Below are positions 1 to 12,249 of a DNA stretch of 64,000 nt, piece after piece. Both the position numbers and the translations under genes were made by a program. The notes under the pieces were generated by a model that made no database searches, was not told the origin of the DNA, and worked only from the letters and a program-made list of their open reading frames with translations. The stretch is from Paraphysomonas bandaiensis (taxonomy: Eukaryota > Protista > Chrysophyceae), in NCBI GenBank assembly GCA_965644295.1, contig CBFFRP010000078.1, forward strand, positions 1 to 64,000, read 5' to 3'. Position 1 is the stretch's first letter. Each line of letters starts with the position of its first letter.

Positions 1-1537
1 CCCACAGCCCATCCATCTCATTGGATAGACACTGTATTCCGCATACGGTATACTCGACTACTGTACTACTGTGTCCTACAGGATGTATACCATTCCGTGT
101 ATACCTCTACTGCTGTTGGACACATCACCATGTCCATGTACCTGTCTACCTGTACTGTTGGACACATCACCATGTCCATGTACCTGTCTACCTGTACTGT
201 TGGACACATCACCAGCTCTCTCTCACTGTCCAACACACTCATAACACCACTGCAGTGTCATACACACACACAGTACACTCTACCTCCTCCTAGAAAACCC
301 CCAGACAAACTATCGCCTCTCCCTTACTGGGCGTATTGGTCCACCCACTATTCCTCCTTCCTTCCACAAACTCAATTCCTTCCATCTTATGATGTGTTTT
401 GCTCCAACGATCACTTCTTCCTGGACACCAAATACCCGGTGGAGTTGGAACTACACGCGCTACTCGAGAGAATTCCTGACTTCGTCATCATGCGTCTCCA
501 AAATGTGTTGCAATGTCATTCCAAGGGAATGCAAGGAGTCCACCGTGCCAGGTCCATCAACCATCCCTCCCACGCCCTTCAGGGGAAGGAATTCTCCTCC
601 GATAACAGCGGTGACGGACCTAGCAAATCCACCCACACATTACCCTTATCCACTAAGGATGCCACCACACCGTATGCAACGTTATTTGACTATTTCCCAG
701 TCAAACGGAAGCCACCTACCACCAACCCTACTCAACTGAACACCATGGGAACTCCAGCATTAGCCCCAGACGGCCCATCCTCACTCTCCACTACCACTCC
801 TGACCTCAGGCCGGATGTACTGCCCAAGGATATTGCCACATACCCCCTACACTACACAGAGGGCCGGGGTCACACGCCCTTTCACTCCGATCTGCTGAAC
901 AACTGGGTTAGATATGATGAAACCCAAACCATTGCTGCCTCCCCACAGGGAAACCTTTTAAAAGAAATATACGCACACATGCTATCCCCTGCCTGTTTAG
1001 ACATATGGGAAGGATTCATAGCCAAGGCTTCCAGGACGGACAACTATGATCTCATGATATCATTCACGCTACCAGAGCACAAATTGGACACCACGCACAG
1101 CGCCCTACTAGTTGCCCAGCATCTCGCGAATGGCAACAAACCCTGGGCAGACTCCACTCATGTTGTATCTAGGCATGTGCGGACCCTTTGCCTGACACAT
1201 CTGGAACTAGGTGCACTCAGGACCCTAATTCAGAATGCTGAGCCCCCTCCAAAACCAATGGAGACCCATCCCAAAGGGAGACCCCCAGATCAAAAGCGCC
1301 GGTGAGTCCACGGACACACGATAAAGGCGAATTTCATATCACACAAAAAGAACGGAAGTGGTTGCACCTTGGTGCTTGCGGCGACGCACAAGCAGCTTTC
1401 GTAGCGTTAAATAGTAGGATAAAAGAGTTTGTATTGATTAGTTACGGGTAGTGGTCTAACTAGTATGACTAGCATTCTACTAGCCACTAATTGATGCAAG
1501 GTCTCAACGCCTATTGCTAAATAATCAGACATTCACT
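1..1537 (+). mobile_element. Non-autonomous/chimeric non-LTR retroelement copy (5' end outside window) with ORF 97-1305 ending PKGRPPD and the conserved 3' module
   Basis: 1-310 matches the reverse complement of ~31790-32081. 1255-1537 matches the 3' ends at 30942-31220, 16430-16710 and 63710-63990. Confidence 0.75.
113..213 (+). repeat. 42-bp tandem repeat (~2.5 units)
   Basis: Unit ctgttggacacatcaccatgtccatgtacctgtctacctgta encodes VGHITMSMYLSTCT. The sister copy near 31890-31950 has only ~1.5 units. Confidence 0.85.
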
Positions 1538-1780
1538 ACCTATAACTCTACCTACAGTGTTTTATTTCTAATGCATTGATCATATACTCGCACTATTTAG
1601 AAGTAAAATACTTTTCTCCATACTACCAACTACATTATACGCATAGTACTAGATATACTGTATTACTTCAGAAGCTCAATTGCGAAATGACAACCGCTAT
1701 TGCCTTATTCACGGTGTAATATTTATTTGGGCTTGTGGTTAATTATTGAAGAGCGTGTAGGCAATAGAAGACACATCTAT

Positions 1781-2601
1781 CTAATAGCTGCGAACTCCGT
1801 CCTTTGGTTCATGGATGGTGATCACATCGGCCAGAGAACTCTTAGGGCCAACAATTCCCTTAGGATCGTGCGGAAGCATAACTGAAACCTTGACACCGAG
1901 GACACCTTGTCTCATGAGAACATGTCGGACAGCAGTGTCAACATACTCCCTACAGACAAAAAATTGGAAACAAAAAAATAATTGTATAGTACTCACTCGA
2001 AAGCGTGACCAGTCTTGATCATATAACCATCAGCGAACTTCTGAGACTTGGCACGCTGTCCACGAAGCTTACCAGACACAGTAACCTCAGCCCCTTTGGC
2101 ACCAGACTCCATAATGAAGCGGAGTACACCATAACAGGCACGACGCACAGCAAGGTTGCCAAGTAGCTTGTATTTAAGAGACTCTGCCTGAGTCTGGGCG
2201 CAGAGACCACGGTTGGCGACACGCTCAGCAAATAGATCAACACCTCCCTCCTTGAAGTTAAATCTGTGCACACAAGCCACGTGAATATAAGACGCATACT
2301 TGAACGAATGCAGGACCTTTTCTGAACAACAGATGTCAACTCACGGATTCTCTGTCCCTTCTCGCCCAGAACATCCTGAGTACGGGTAGCTTTGATAATA
2401 ATTTCCGTACGAAGGGGTGTCACACGAACTTCCACTCCGGCATAGCCATCCTCGGCCAATTCACGAGAGAAAAGCTTTGAATAAAATAAAATAAACTTCA
2501 GGCAGTATAAATATAAATAAATCCACCTCGTTGATTTCGGCGTAGAAAACACCGTCTGCCACAAACTTTCTCTTCTTGCTAATAAGTGCTGCCTTTGCCA
2601 T
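1781..2601 (-). CDS. RPS3: 40S ribosomal protein S3 (uS3), 4 exons: 2601-2527, 2474-2317, 2263-1997, 1949-1781
   Basis: Peptides [49 protein letters not shown] and [15 protein letters not shown] introns of 52, 53 and 47 nt restore the frame. Confidence 0.97.
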
Positions 2602-3105
2602 TTCCACAAGTCCAAGTTGTATATATATGTAATGGAAGGGGATAAACACTGTGATAGGTAGAGAGATGTAGGCACAATTGCCTACGTGATCATCATCCAT
2701 CTAAAACCACACCTCACATTGCTCTTGTCGACCTTGAAGGGGCAAAAAAAGTAAAAAACTGAAAATACTGGGTGGGGATCTTTTGTACAAGAATTGAATG
2801 AATGATGACAAAAACGGGGCCATTTTTTTTTGTGGGGGCAAATCCATATCGGCATCCTTCGTACATTTTTGTTCATAGATGCCTCTTATATTGAGTCAAC
2901 AATTATCTGTATTTCAGCCGTAGTTGTATTGCAGCAATATAAAGAATATTTACTTCGTTATATTTCCGAAAACTAAGATGCTGACTGCCGATACGTCGTC
3001 GGATTGGAGGCCTTCCTCAATGCTGTCAACAAATGTAGGAACATCTTTGTATATATTTACTCATTTCGATGCCACACCCATATGCGTAATAGTCGTGTAT
3101 AGTAT

Positions 3106-4104
3106 ATGTGCAGCCCCCTGGCGTGGTTATTGTTTTTTCTGCTGCATGTTCACATGTATGGTTTCCATGTTGACGGGTTGATTATCACAAGACCCCGATT
3201 CCTGAGCTCGTGCCTCTCTCCCCCGTCCCGCCACTCATATACTAGGGAGAATACTAGAAATAATAGGCTTACAGGTACCTGGAGGGTTCGGGGGGGAGCA
3301 GGGGCACGCAAGGACTTCTCACTTGCCGATAGTGTGGATATTTTAGAGACTAACAGTGAAGAGCGCAGTGACAGTGATGACGAAAGTAACAATGAACTTG
3401 GAAACAACGAATTTAATGCGTTGTCGCAGTCGAATGTCGCAATAGCAACAGTTAAGGGAGTATGGCAGAAAACTCCCCCTCTTACGAGAGCATATATAGC
3501 TGCCTCTAGCACTCTAACTATCTTGTCATGGCTTTTCAATAGTAATCGATGGCCTTCGTTTCTTAGCTTGGATTGGAATTCAATTATCTTACGATTACAA
3601 TTATGGAGGCCTGTTACATCTTTCTTGTATTTCGGCCCTTTTGGTTTGAGTTATGCGCTAACACTTCAGTTTGTGTGGCAGTATATGGCCCAAATTGAAC
3701 GTTTTTACTACGACCAGCCAGAGCGTTATCTCGTTCTTCTATCATTTGGTGCTAGTTCGTTGTTAGCCGCCTATTCTGTTCTTGGAATCAGCACTCAGTT
3801 TCTGGGACACAACCTCTCCACCTACCTGGTATACATTTGGGCACGTCTGTTTGAAGGCGTCAGTGTTAATATGATGGGGTTGACAACTCTTCCAGCAGAA
3901 ATGTTACCCTGGTTCTTTTGCGCGCAGACAATGCTAATTGATGGTGTTCTACCAGTTGCAGATCTCCTGGGGATTGCTGCGGGACACCTCTATCTCTATG
4001 GCGAAAATAACAAGATGTTGGAACCGCCACAGTTTCTAAAGGATGTCATGTCGAGTCCTCCTATGAAAAAGTTGTATAGGCCATTTAAACATTTTGTCGA
4101 GTAA
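3106..4104 (+). CDS. DER1: Derlin (Der1 family) with N-terminal signal/transit-like extension
   Basis: Derlin motifs TPPLTRAY, QLWRPVTSFLYFG, LSTYLVYIWAR, LPW and GIAAGHLY. Hydrophobic N-terminus followed by an Arg/Ser-rich stretch. Confidence 0.9.
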   Translation: MCSPLAWLLFFLLHVHMYGFHVDGLIITRPRFLSSCLSPPSRHSYTRENTRNNRLTGTWRVRGGAGARKDFSLADSVDILETNSEERSDSDDESNNELGNNEFNALSQSNVAIATVKGVWQKTPPLTRAYIAASSTLTILSWLFNSNRWPSFLSLDWNSIILRLQLWRPVTSFLYFGPFGLSYALTLQFVWQYMAQIERFYYDQPERYLVLLSFGASSLLAAYSVLGISTQFLGHNLSTYLVYIWARLFEGVSVNMMGLTTLPAEMLPWFFCAQTMLIDGVLPVADLLGIAAGHLYLYGENNKMLEPPQFLKDVMSSPPMKKLYRPFKHFVE

Positions 4105-4199
4105 TAAATACAATGACCATGTATTTATATTATTGGAGTGTATATCTAGTATACTACCACTATATTGAGGAGCAACTATTATTGAAAGTCTTATTATTA

Positions 4200-5720
4200 G
4201 CAGTAGGAGTCAAGAACTGGCACAAGATAAGTAGTTAGATGAAGACTAGTCAAGCTAGATCGACTTCTACCTGTAACTAACTACCACAAATTCTCATATT
4301 CTACTATTTAACGCTACAGAAGCTGCTTGTGTGTCGCCGCAAGCACCAAGGTTGACCACTTCCGTTGTTGCATGTGAGGGACAAGCTCTCTATGGCGTAA
4401 GTTCTTGAGGTACAGAAGGAATTAGTCAGGGGGGCGCCCGGCACCGCAGGACTTTGTGGAAGAGACACTGTATCAGTGAGTCAAGCGTTCCTAACCGGAG
4501 ATACATGGGGGTAGATTGGAGCTCCGAGTTTTTGAATGGCTCCAGCCCCGAGTTGGGCCTGCTGGGGCAGAGGAGTAGCTGACGGAGTCGGCATCGTGGC
4601 GTCTCCGCTGAGGCGGGGGTAGTGGAAGAGGAAGGCAACCTGAGGGGCGTGTTAGGTCTCCGCTTTACACGTAATAAGCGCAGTACCCGCGGCTTCCGCT
4701 GGGTGTTACTGCATTTAAATCGTGTGTTGGCGCATGTGTGACGCGGTCTGGGGGAAACCCGCGGACTCCACCATGCTTTGCTTCGTGTGTTGCCACGTCG
4801 CTGGCGCGGTTTAGGGGGGAGTCGATGTGGCCCCATAGGTTAGACAGCATGACGACAACTGCGATCCTGGAGCATTTGTTTGGCTGCAGCGTTGAGCGGT
4901 TGAAGAAGGGTAATAACTGCTTTATCGAGGGCACGTAGTCGACGCGAATTTAGGGTGCAGTTGTATCGCGTTCCAAAAAAGCTTTCCATTAGAGCCTCGG
5001 TGTTAGTTCCTGTCCAGAATTGTACAACTTGCGGAAGTGAGATACTCCAGGCTCTTCTGGAGAGTTTCTTGAGAATATGGTACTCCAAGGTGGTAGGATC
5101 AGGTCTCTTTGGATTTTTCGAAGACACTCCTCTTGTGTCTCTGAAAGGCGGATACTCTTATCTGAGAGATGGAGGCGTGTGGAATATCAAGACACATACG
5201 TTTGAGAGAGTCACAAGTGGAAAGCCACAGTCAGCGCATCCGGCTATGTTCAGGCCAAGTACAAATTTTGTTTTAGCCCTATTCCTACCATTGCTGTAGG
5301 ATTTGTCCCATGTAAGGGCTGTATTGAGTATATGCGTTTGTCGTAGTTGACCTTGAATCTACGCAACCTTCCGGGGCCAGTTTATGCGGAAGAAAGGCAC
5401 CGCTATCTTTCCAGTATTATACAGGTGCACGATCCAGATTATGACCGTAGAGTTGTTGGTCAGTGTAATTCTCTAAAGTCCATTGATCGCGAAGAGATTG
5501 GATATCAGTGATCATAGGAGGGTGAGTGATCATACGACCGGCGAATTCCGGACTGACGCCAGCAGTGCCATATTCCGAACGTAAGTATACGTTCCATTAC
5601 TCTGGCATCATCAATTTCACAGAAAAAGTGTAATTGTAAAGGCACAGCATATGATCAACCTCCAACCATTCACGCCCTTCAACCGTGTCTGCTATAATGT
5701 AAATTCCTTTGTCTTCATAA
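4200..5720 (-). mobile_element. 5'-truncated decayed non-LTR retrotransposon (RNase H end, CCHC remnant, GRPPD*, 3' module)
   Basis: On the - strand: DKGIYIIAD (~5700), CADCG (~5230), QFWTG, GRPPD-stop (~4422-4439), 3' RNA motif at 4316-4365. Confidence 0.75.
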
Positions 5721-6594
5721 TAATAATATATTATATATATATATACATATATATATAATATTATGTCCATTGTCAGAGTTTATTTTTTATCAGTCATGCG
5801 ACTCTCTGCAGTTGGTGTGAGCGACCCCAATTAATATTCCTCTTGGTGCACGTTTTGGATGTCCGAGTGCGCGTCGTCGTGTGGAGAGGGCTTCCCCAGT
5901 TCTCATGCACACAGCCTTGCTATCTGTATGTGAGTGCTGTGACATAGTTCATACGCAAACGGATCAATAATATGCTAGAGGTATGTCTTGCAAGGAGCAA
6001 CATTAGTTAATTCAAGTAGGGTGTTGTAGGTTTACAGTTCACTGCAGAGGGAATGGAAATATTTTAGGGTATTGGCCACATTTTTTGTAGTAGTGAATGT
6101 AGCAATAATATTGAAATCTGATTATTATAAGAAGCGCAAGCTTGTGCGTTGCCGTGAGATCAACCTAACAACTCGCGCCACACTAATAAAAGCATATAAC
6201 ACATCAGTTACTATTATTGCATGTACTGACAAAAGTGCTCAACTATACAACACGACTTACTTATAACTACTACACATGATGGGCAACCGACGAGTTGCAT
6301 GTGTAAGCCGAATTATACGCTCCTGTCCAGTCTACTTGTAAATGTATGGGTGAATTAGACCTCTCATTTTCAGTAGTGTGTTAGAGTTGCAAAAGCCAAT
6401 TATTATTGCAATGAAGGCAATTATTATTGCTCGTGCTGTTGATGTTAATTGCAATATAATTGCCACAAAGAGGGTTGCAATTATATTGCAATTAACTGTC
6501 AAAATTAAAATGACGACGTTATTATTTACGCCTCAACCGAACACTGCAGCTGTAGGCGGAATGAGAACGAGAGAACCGTGGATACTATATGATA

Positions 6595-6954
6595 CAGGGA
6601 TAGAGGGAAAAATATACTGCAATATACTGTTGTTAGATATAGCGTTCAGTAAGTAAATACATCCGCAGTTTTTTCAGCTATATATAGCCAACTTCAGCTT
6701 CTCGCCATCATCCTCTCTGTATTGTTACAATAATCACTGTCTGAACTGAGATTTTTATATACATCGACTTATATTTTTTACTCTGCAATTAAGAAGCTTT
6801 CTGTATATATATATATGACTATCATAAAATTGATTGCAATATATAATATTGTGAGCTACTTATTAACAGAAACAATATTGATGGAATATTTGACCAGTCC
6901 ACCAATCAATATATTATTTAACAATATTATAATATATTGTTCTCTATATCCCTG
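6595..6954. mobile_element. MITE with CAGGG...CCCTG termini and 10-bp flanking direct repeat
   Basis: Ends cagggatagag / ctctatatccctg. CTATATGATA at 6585-6594 and 6955-6964. Confidence 0.7.
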
Positions 6955-7239
6955 CTATATGATAAAAACACGGCATAATATACATCATCCATCAAGAATG
7001 GCATGTTCACTCTCAACTATACATCCAACACCCGTCTCTTAGCTATTTGCGAAGTGTTTTGGCCGACGAACTAGGACTTCGACTGTATATGAACCCACTA
7101 CATATATATTCTCTGGAGAGCCAAAGTGCACATTTTCAATATATATGTATCCTGTATATGCGGCAGATCTTTAGGGCCCTCTTCAAGGTGGTGTTCACAG
7201 TAGCAGCAGGTAGTCTGGAGGGGAGAGTAGAGTAGCTCT

Positions 7240-8040
7240 AGCGCCGGGTCCTCCCATGGTCACGAAGAAGCGGTCTCACTGGTGCAATTTTGCACGCTGA
7301 CGCATGAAACAAGTGTCTGCCAAAATCTGTTACAAATTCAAGCTGACTCCAATTACGTACGTGCACTCGTCCAGCACATGCATCCACCTTGCACTCTTCT
7401 CCGCTCTCGGATAAAAACCTACTAAAAAGTAAGAAATAACATGACAGCACACACAAATGATCTACACTGCTTGTTGGAGAACAGTGCCAGAGAGAGCCTT
7501 GATATAATCTCAATGACCTGGGTCATGAGAAACTAAGACTAGGCAGGTCTAATCACATCATTGTCATTGACATGCATCCATGAGGAAAGTTTGACGCATT
7601 ACTTCGTCGGTCATTGGCCACACAGATACCGAATAAACACATACTCAGCATCAATCACTCAAAAAAGCAAACGCAGTGAGAGCAAGCAGAAAGTTGATAT
7701 GCCTGACATCTGCTGACTTCAGGTTTTTTGAGTTCTTAAGGTGGATATCCCGGATGATGCTTAACTTCAGCAAGCAGCGCAGTACCCCGGCTACCCTTGA
7801 GGTGGGCCCTGTCCCGGATGCCTGTTTATTCGTCAGGGCCCAAAGACGTCTACACAAGTGACACTTATTAGTGACACTGTTCCTTCTTGTACCACACACA
7901 AGCATCAGGCTATGAGTGGGCAGAACAATATCTGCTGACTATATAATATGCGGCTCACGTCAGTTTCCCGGAGAAATTTCTCCGGTACTTATCCCCCAGA
8001 ACACCACACACGAAAAGGTGTGAGTCCGACTTTGTTGAGG
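7240..8040 (-). repeat. Dispersed repeat, probably a decayed Copia RT/RNase H fragment
   Basis: Homologous to 62080-62730 and 60893-61130. Those copies translate in pieces to CVDDFGF, HIIRYL and MDASW. Confidence 0.55.
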
Positions 8041-8042
8041 GT

Positions 8043-8185
8043 GAATGTAGCAATATAGGCGTGTAAGAGACAGAACTAATAAACTGAAACTAGGAACTAC
8101 TGCTTTACTCTGATATCCTTCTATTCAGCGCTACGAAAAAGCTTCTTGTGCATCATCGCAAGCACCAAGGTGCAACCACTACGAC
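8043..8185 (-). mobile_element. Isolated 3' module of the non-LTR family
   Basis: agtggttgcaccttggtgcttgcg...cacaag and cctatattgcta on the - strand. Confidence 0.75.
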
Positions 8186-9071
8186 TTCAGGAATTGCCAT
8201 TACAGAAGAAGCGATCAAAGAGAGATTAGGGTGTGTTTTAGTGGGTATGAATCCCACATAACTGTTTTACAGCGAAGCGTGATGTTGTACACACTATCTA
8301 TAAGGAGATTTCACATCGTTTCAACCTATATCTAATAATAGTGTTGCAATATATCTAATAATAGTGTTCCCTAGCCCTGATCTGCAGTAGTATGTCTTCT
8401 TGACAGAAGAGGATATTTCATGTTCTTCTTGACACAATTAATGAGTGAAACTTCACTGCATTAACAACTATTGCACTACTCATGTGAATGATATAAAAAA
8501 ACGGTCACCAATAAATCGGGATTTGGCTTCCCGCCACTGGCCCACCTCTACTTCATTTGAAATACTCCTCTTCTCCCCTGTAATCGTTTCTTCGTGAATC
8601 GTAAACAGCTTTGAAGATAACGTTATCGGCGACCATGTCTTTGGATGAGACATGAAGTAAACATTTTGCAAACGTGAGAATTTTACGATATTTTGGGAAA
8701 AACTAGGAGAATTTACCATAAATTATCTAAGTAAAAATGTTTAAAAAGTTTTGTTCTGTTTGTAATATTTAACACTGCAGAGAGAAAACAAAATATATTA
8801 TTTATTAACATTTAGGTCTTATTATTATAGGGTGCACTTTTTCTCCTACCAGCAAACACTTTAACTGCCCTTATACAATCCATGTCCCAATTTCAATAAT
8901 TGACAATTAATTGATACTCAGCCCTGACTACCACTGTCAACCCATTGATTATCATGATGAGCAAAATAAGTGTAGCTGCCAGCAGTCACTGCCCTACTCG
9001 TAGCTACTTTTTTTCTAACCACTTGTGATTTAAATACACAATCATCAATATATGTTACATCATATATTTAC

Positions 9072-9750
9072 TGTAGGAACAACACACAACAAGTCCATGA
9101 ATATTTCTCACTTTCTCACCCACTTCGAACTGCATTTCATACTCCCCATTAATAGCAATCACACCACCAATACACGTAATACACTACTTTCTCTCGGTAC
9201 AACATGAGGTTCTTGCATACACTCGGCTCAACGAGAGAACACACGTAGTATAACTGTACAACATACCCATCACACACCCCGTACAGTCATAAATATACAT
9301 TGTATTAACCTGGCTATTGGAAACTTACCATTTAAGTGCTCACGTACCCAGTGATGCTTAATTCGTATATGCTCAGATCGTTTAGGGTAAACTAGATTTT
9401 CCGAAAGGTCTTTGGCGCTCTTGCTGTCTATGAAGAATGAAGTTGGCTTCGTTAGCGATAGTCCTAGTTTGCGTAGAACCCCCCGGAATCACACCAATCC
9501 TTGCATGGCTGCATGCCATATATTCGGACTCCATGCTGGAAGTAGCAACCGTAGATTGTAATTGCGACTACCATGCAATTGCTCCAGCACATAAGAATTC
9601 AATATATCCCGAGTGGAACGTCTCGTTAGTGTGTCGCCTGCCCAGTCCGCATCGCTGAACACATGTAAATTGAACTTCTTACCACTGACTTTGATTCCTT
9701 TACTCGTCTGTAAACATGTGCAGTGTCAAAGCAGGTTTATAGGAACAATG
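9072..9750 (-). mobile_element. 3' remnant of a canonical Copia (RNase H, PPT, ~200-bp 3' LTR)
   Basis: The - strand gives SDADWAGD..TRRST, VATSSMESEY, FIDSKSA and RSEHIRIKHHWVRE, followed by a G-rich tract and a TG...CA segment at 9072-~9275. Confidence 0.75.
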
Positions 9751-10744
9751 ACTAGGTATGATAGTGCCTCTCTACTATCTTCTATTTTATATGCTCTATT
9801 CTATGTGTCTACCGGTCATGAGTATATGCGTCCACACATGCCTACTGCCTCTCCTTCACCCATACATATATGTATATGTTGCGACCTTGCTACCTAATAT
9901 ATATATATGTTGTATGTGTGTGGTACCTTTGAGTTTGTCATCATACTTTGTGGGATCCTCGTACTGCAGATACACAGGGATTACACTATACACTATACTA
10001 CAATAAATAAGCAGTAGGCAGTGGAAAGAGTGCATAGATAGGGATGGCATAGAAAATACCAGCAACCGTATATATAAAATACATTTTCTAACGTAATTTA
10101 CACAATTTACATAGTTTCGACCGTTTACTGCTCTGACTGACCTTAGTAAGTGCAGTACCAGACACCCTTGTGGCAAACGTAGAGGAGTATGAAGCCACCA
10201 ATGAGAGGTAGGGCACATTAGACTGCCTAATATCGACACTTAAAGAGTTCTTAGGTGTTGTCATCGCGCCTTATGGTGGCCACTGGAACATATTTGTTAT
10301 TTCATGACGTTAGCTTATTCACTGGGAATACTGACCTGATTACAGACGTCACATACTGTCAGCAAGGCACACAGTAATAATAAGAGTCCTTGACAAGAAT
10401 ATATGCGTGCAGTACTTTTATGCATAGCTCCCCCTCCTACATACAGCAGTACACTCCCATACAAAAAAACAGAATTTCGTTTTTCTGGTAGGAAATTATA
10501 ATAAAAACGTGGTGTTTTGAACAGTTTTCACGTTTAGACAGTTGAAGTTGTGATGAAATTTTCACCACACTCCAGTGCCTACAGAGGTCTGCTGAAGCTA
10601 TATATACAGTCAGTATTCAGTATATATATATATTTTGTACGACACAGATAACAGTCGGTTGTTGTATTCTACACAGTATTCCAGATAGTCGTGTTAGTCT
10701 CTCATGGCACTTTCCTCTCTACACCTAACTTAGCACGAGGAAAT

Positions 10745-12249
10745 ATGGTGTCTGCACAAGGACAACGGTACTGGGTGTCCTTTATCATTTGCGGTTTATT
10801 GTGCTTCGTCCTGCAGGTGGTGTCCAGGCACTCCAATCAATCGAAATCTCCCACTTCTTTGAAAGCCAACGCCAATGCAAGCTTTTCTTCCTTCCAAGTC
10901 AATTATCTTACGATATTTTTACTCGCCATGTTTTCTGATTGGCTGCAAGGTCCGTATGTATATGAGCTATACGTTTCATATGGGTTTAGTCAGGCACAGA
11001 TAGCTGAATTGTTTGTTTGTGGATTTGGTTCCTCCATGGCTGTGGGTACCTTCATAGGGTCTCTTGCCGACAAGTGGGGAAGGAAGCTTATGTGTATCAT
11101 GTATTGTATGTGCTATATAGTCGCATGCATTACAAAAATGGTTCCTGATTACTGGACGCTAATGCTTGGTCGGTTCTTGTCTGGTATTGCTACGTCTTTG
11201 TTATTCAGTGTATTCGAATCATGGATGGTTTGCGAGCACAACAAAAGGGGATATGATGGACATCTTCTTGGTGATACGTTCAGCTACGCTACATTTGGAA
11301 ATGGACTGGTAGCTGTTGTGGCTGGGTTGGTGGCAAACATGGCTGCGGATTCTCACGGCTATGTTGCGCCCTTTATTGTGGCTATGCTGCCCTTATCAGT
11401 GGTGGGCCTCATGGTATTCTTCACATGGTCAGAAAATTATGGAAACCCATCTCTTGGCGATTTTTCTTCTCTATCTAAGGGTTTTGATCTGGTTAGAAAC
11501 GATTCTCGGGTAGCTGCTCTTGGATTAGCTCAATCGTCTTTCGAGGGTGCCATGTATACGTTCGTATTTATGTGGACACCCGCTCTCAAGTCAGTGGAGG
11601 AAACACAGGCCGAATTAGATGGAAAGACCCTTGAGGACTCCACCTCGGAGCATTTAGGACTTATATTTGCTGTGTTTATGGTGTGTGTAATGGTTGGATC
11701 ATCACTTTTCAAGATCTTGGCAGCAAGGAGAGATACTCTATACCAAATCCCACTTCTCGTTCATGCTACTGCCTTTGTAGCAATGGGAGCCACAGCGATG
11801 TTTCTTGAAAACAAGATGGTTGTCTATTCTATGTTTTTGCTATTCGAGACTACTGTTGGTTTGTTTTATCCCGCTTATGGATGTATAAAGTCAGAAAAAA
11901 TTCCCGAGGAGATACGCAGTGCAGTAATGAATATATTCAGGTAATGGCCGCGTATAATTATGAGTGATATCTATAGTAGACGTGGTAAATGTTACCACCA
12001 CATATTCCATTTCTTTACTACGTGTTTTCAGGATCCCGCTCAACATTTTTGTCGTGCTACTTCTGCTGAAGATAAAATACCTCTCCCCGGTAAAAGTATT
12101 TCTGATCTGTACACTTGCCCATGGCATTTCTTTCATGTGCTACTACCACTTCTACACCTCAACAAAAACTTCCACAGGTCTGATAGTTACAGTGCGTTGT
12201 CACCATCTAAAACTGTGCTTTTGCTATATCAGGGATGCTTCCACGATAA
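10745..12249 (+). CDS. MFSD5: MFSD5/MOT2-family molybdate-anion transporter; intron 11941-12031, probable second intron 12178-12232 (otherwise stop at 12281)
   Basis: Motifs DWLQGPYVYELY, GFGSS, GIATSLLFSVFESW, FEGAMYTFVFMWTP and RSAVMNIFR|IPLN. Confidence 0.92.

Noticed and set aside
1300-1308. GTGAGT splice-donor-like sequence overlapping the stop codon in four element copies
   Set aside because: It is absent from the more diverged copies and is explained by common descent.
1370-1397. 3' hairpin as group II intron domain V (GNRA loop plus AC bulge)
   Set aside because: No AGC/CGC catalytic triad 5 bp below the bulge and no other intron domains.
1352-1537. 3' module as a hammerhead, twister, HDV ribozyme, tRNA or SECIS
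   Set aside because: The conserved cores (CUGANGA/GAAA, twister loop context, T-loop GTTC, AUGA/GA) were not found by eye.
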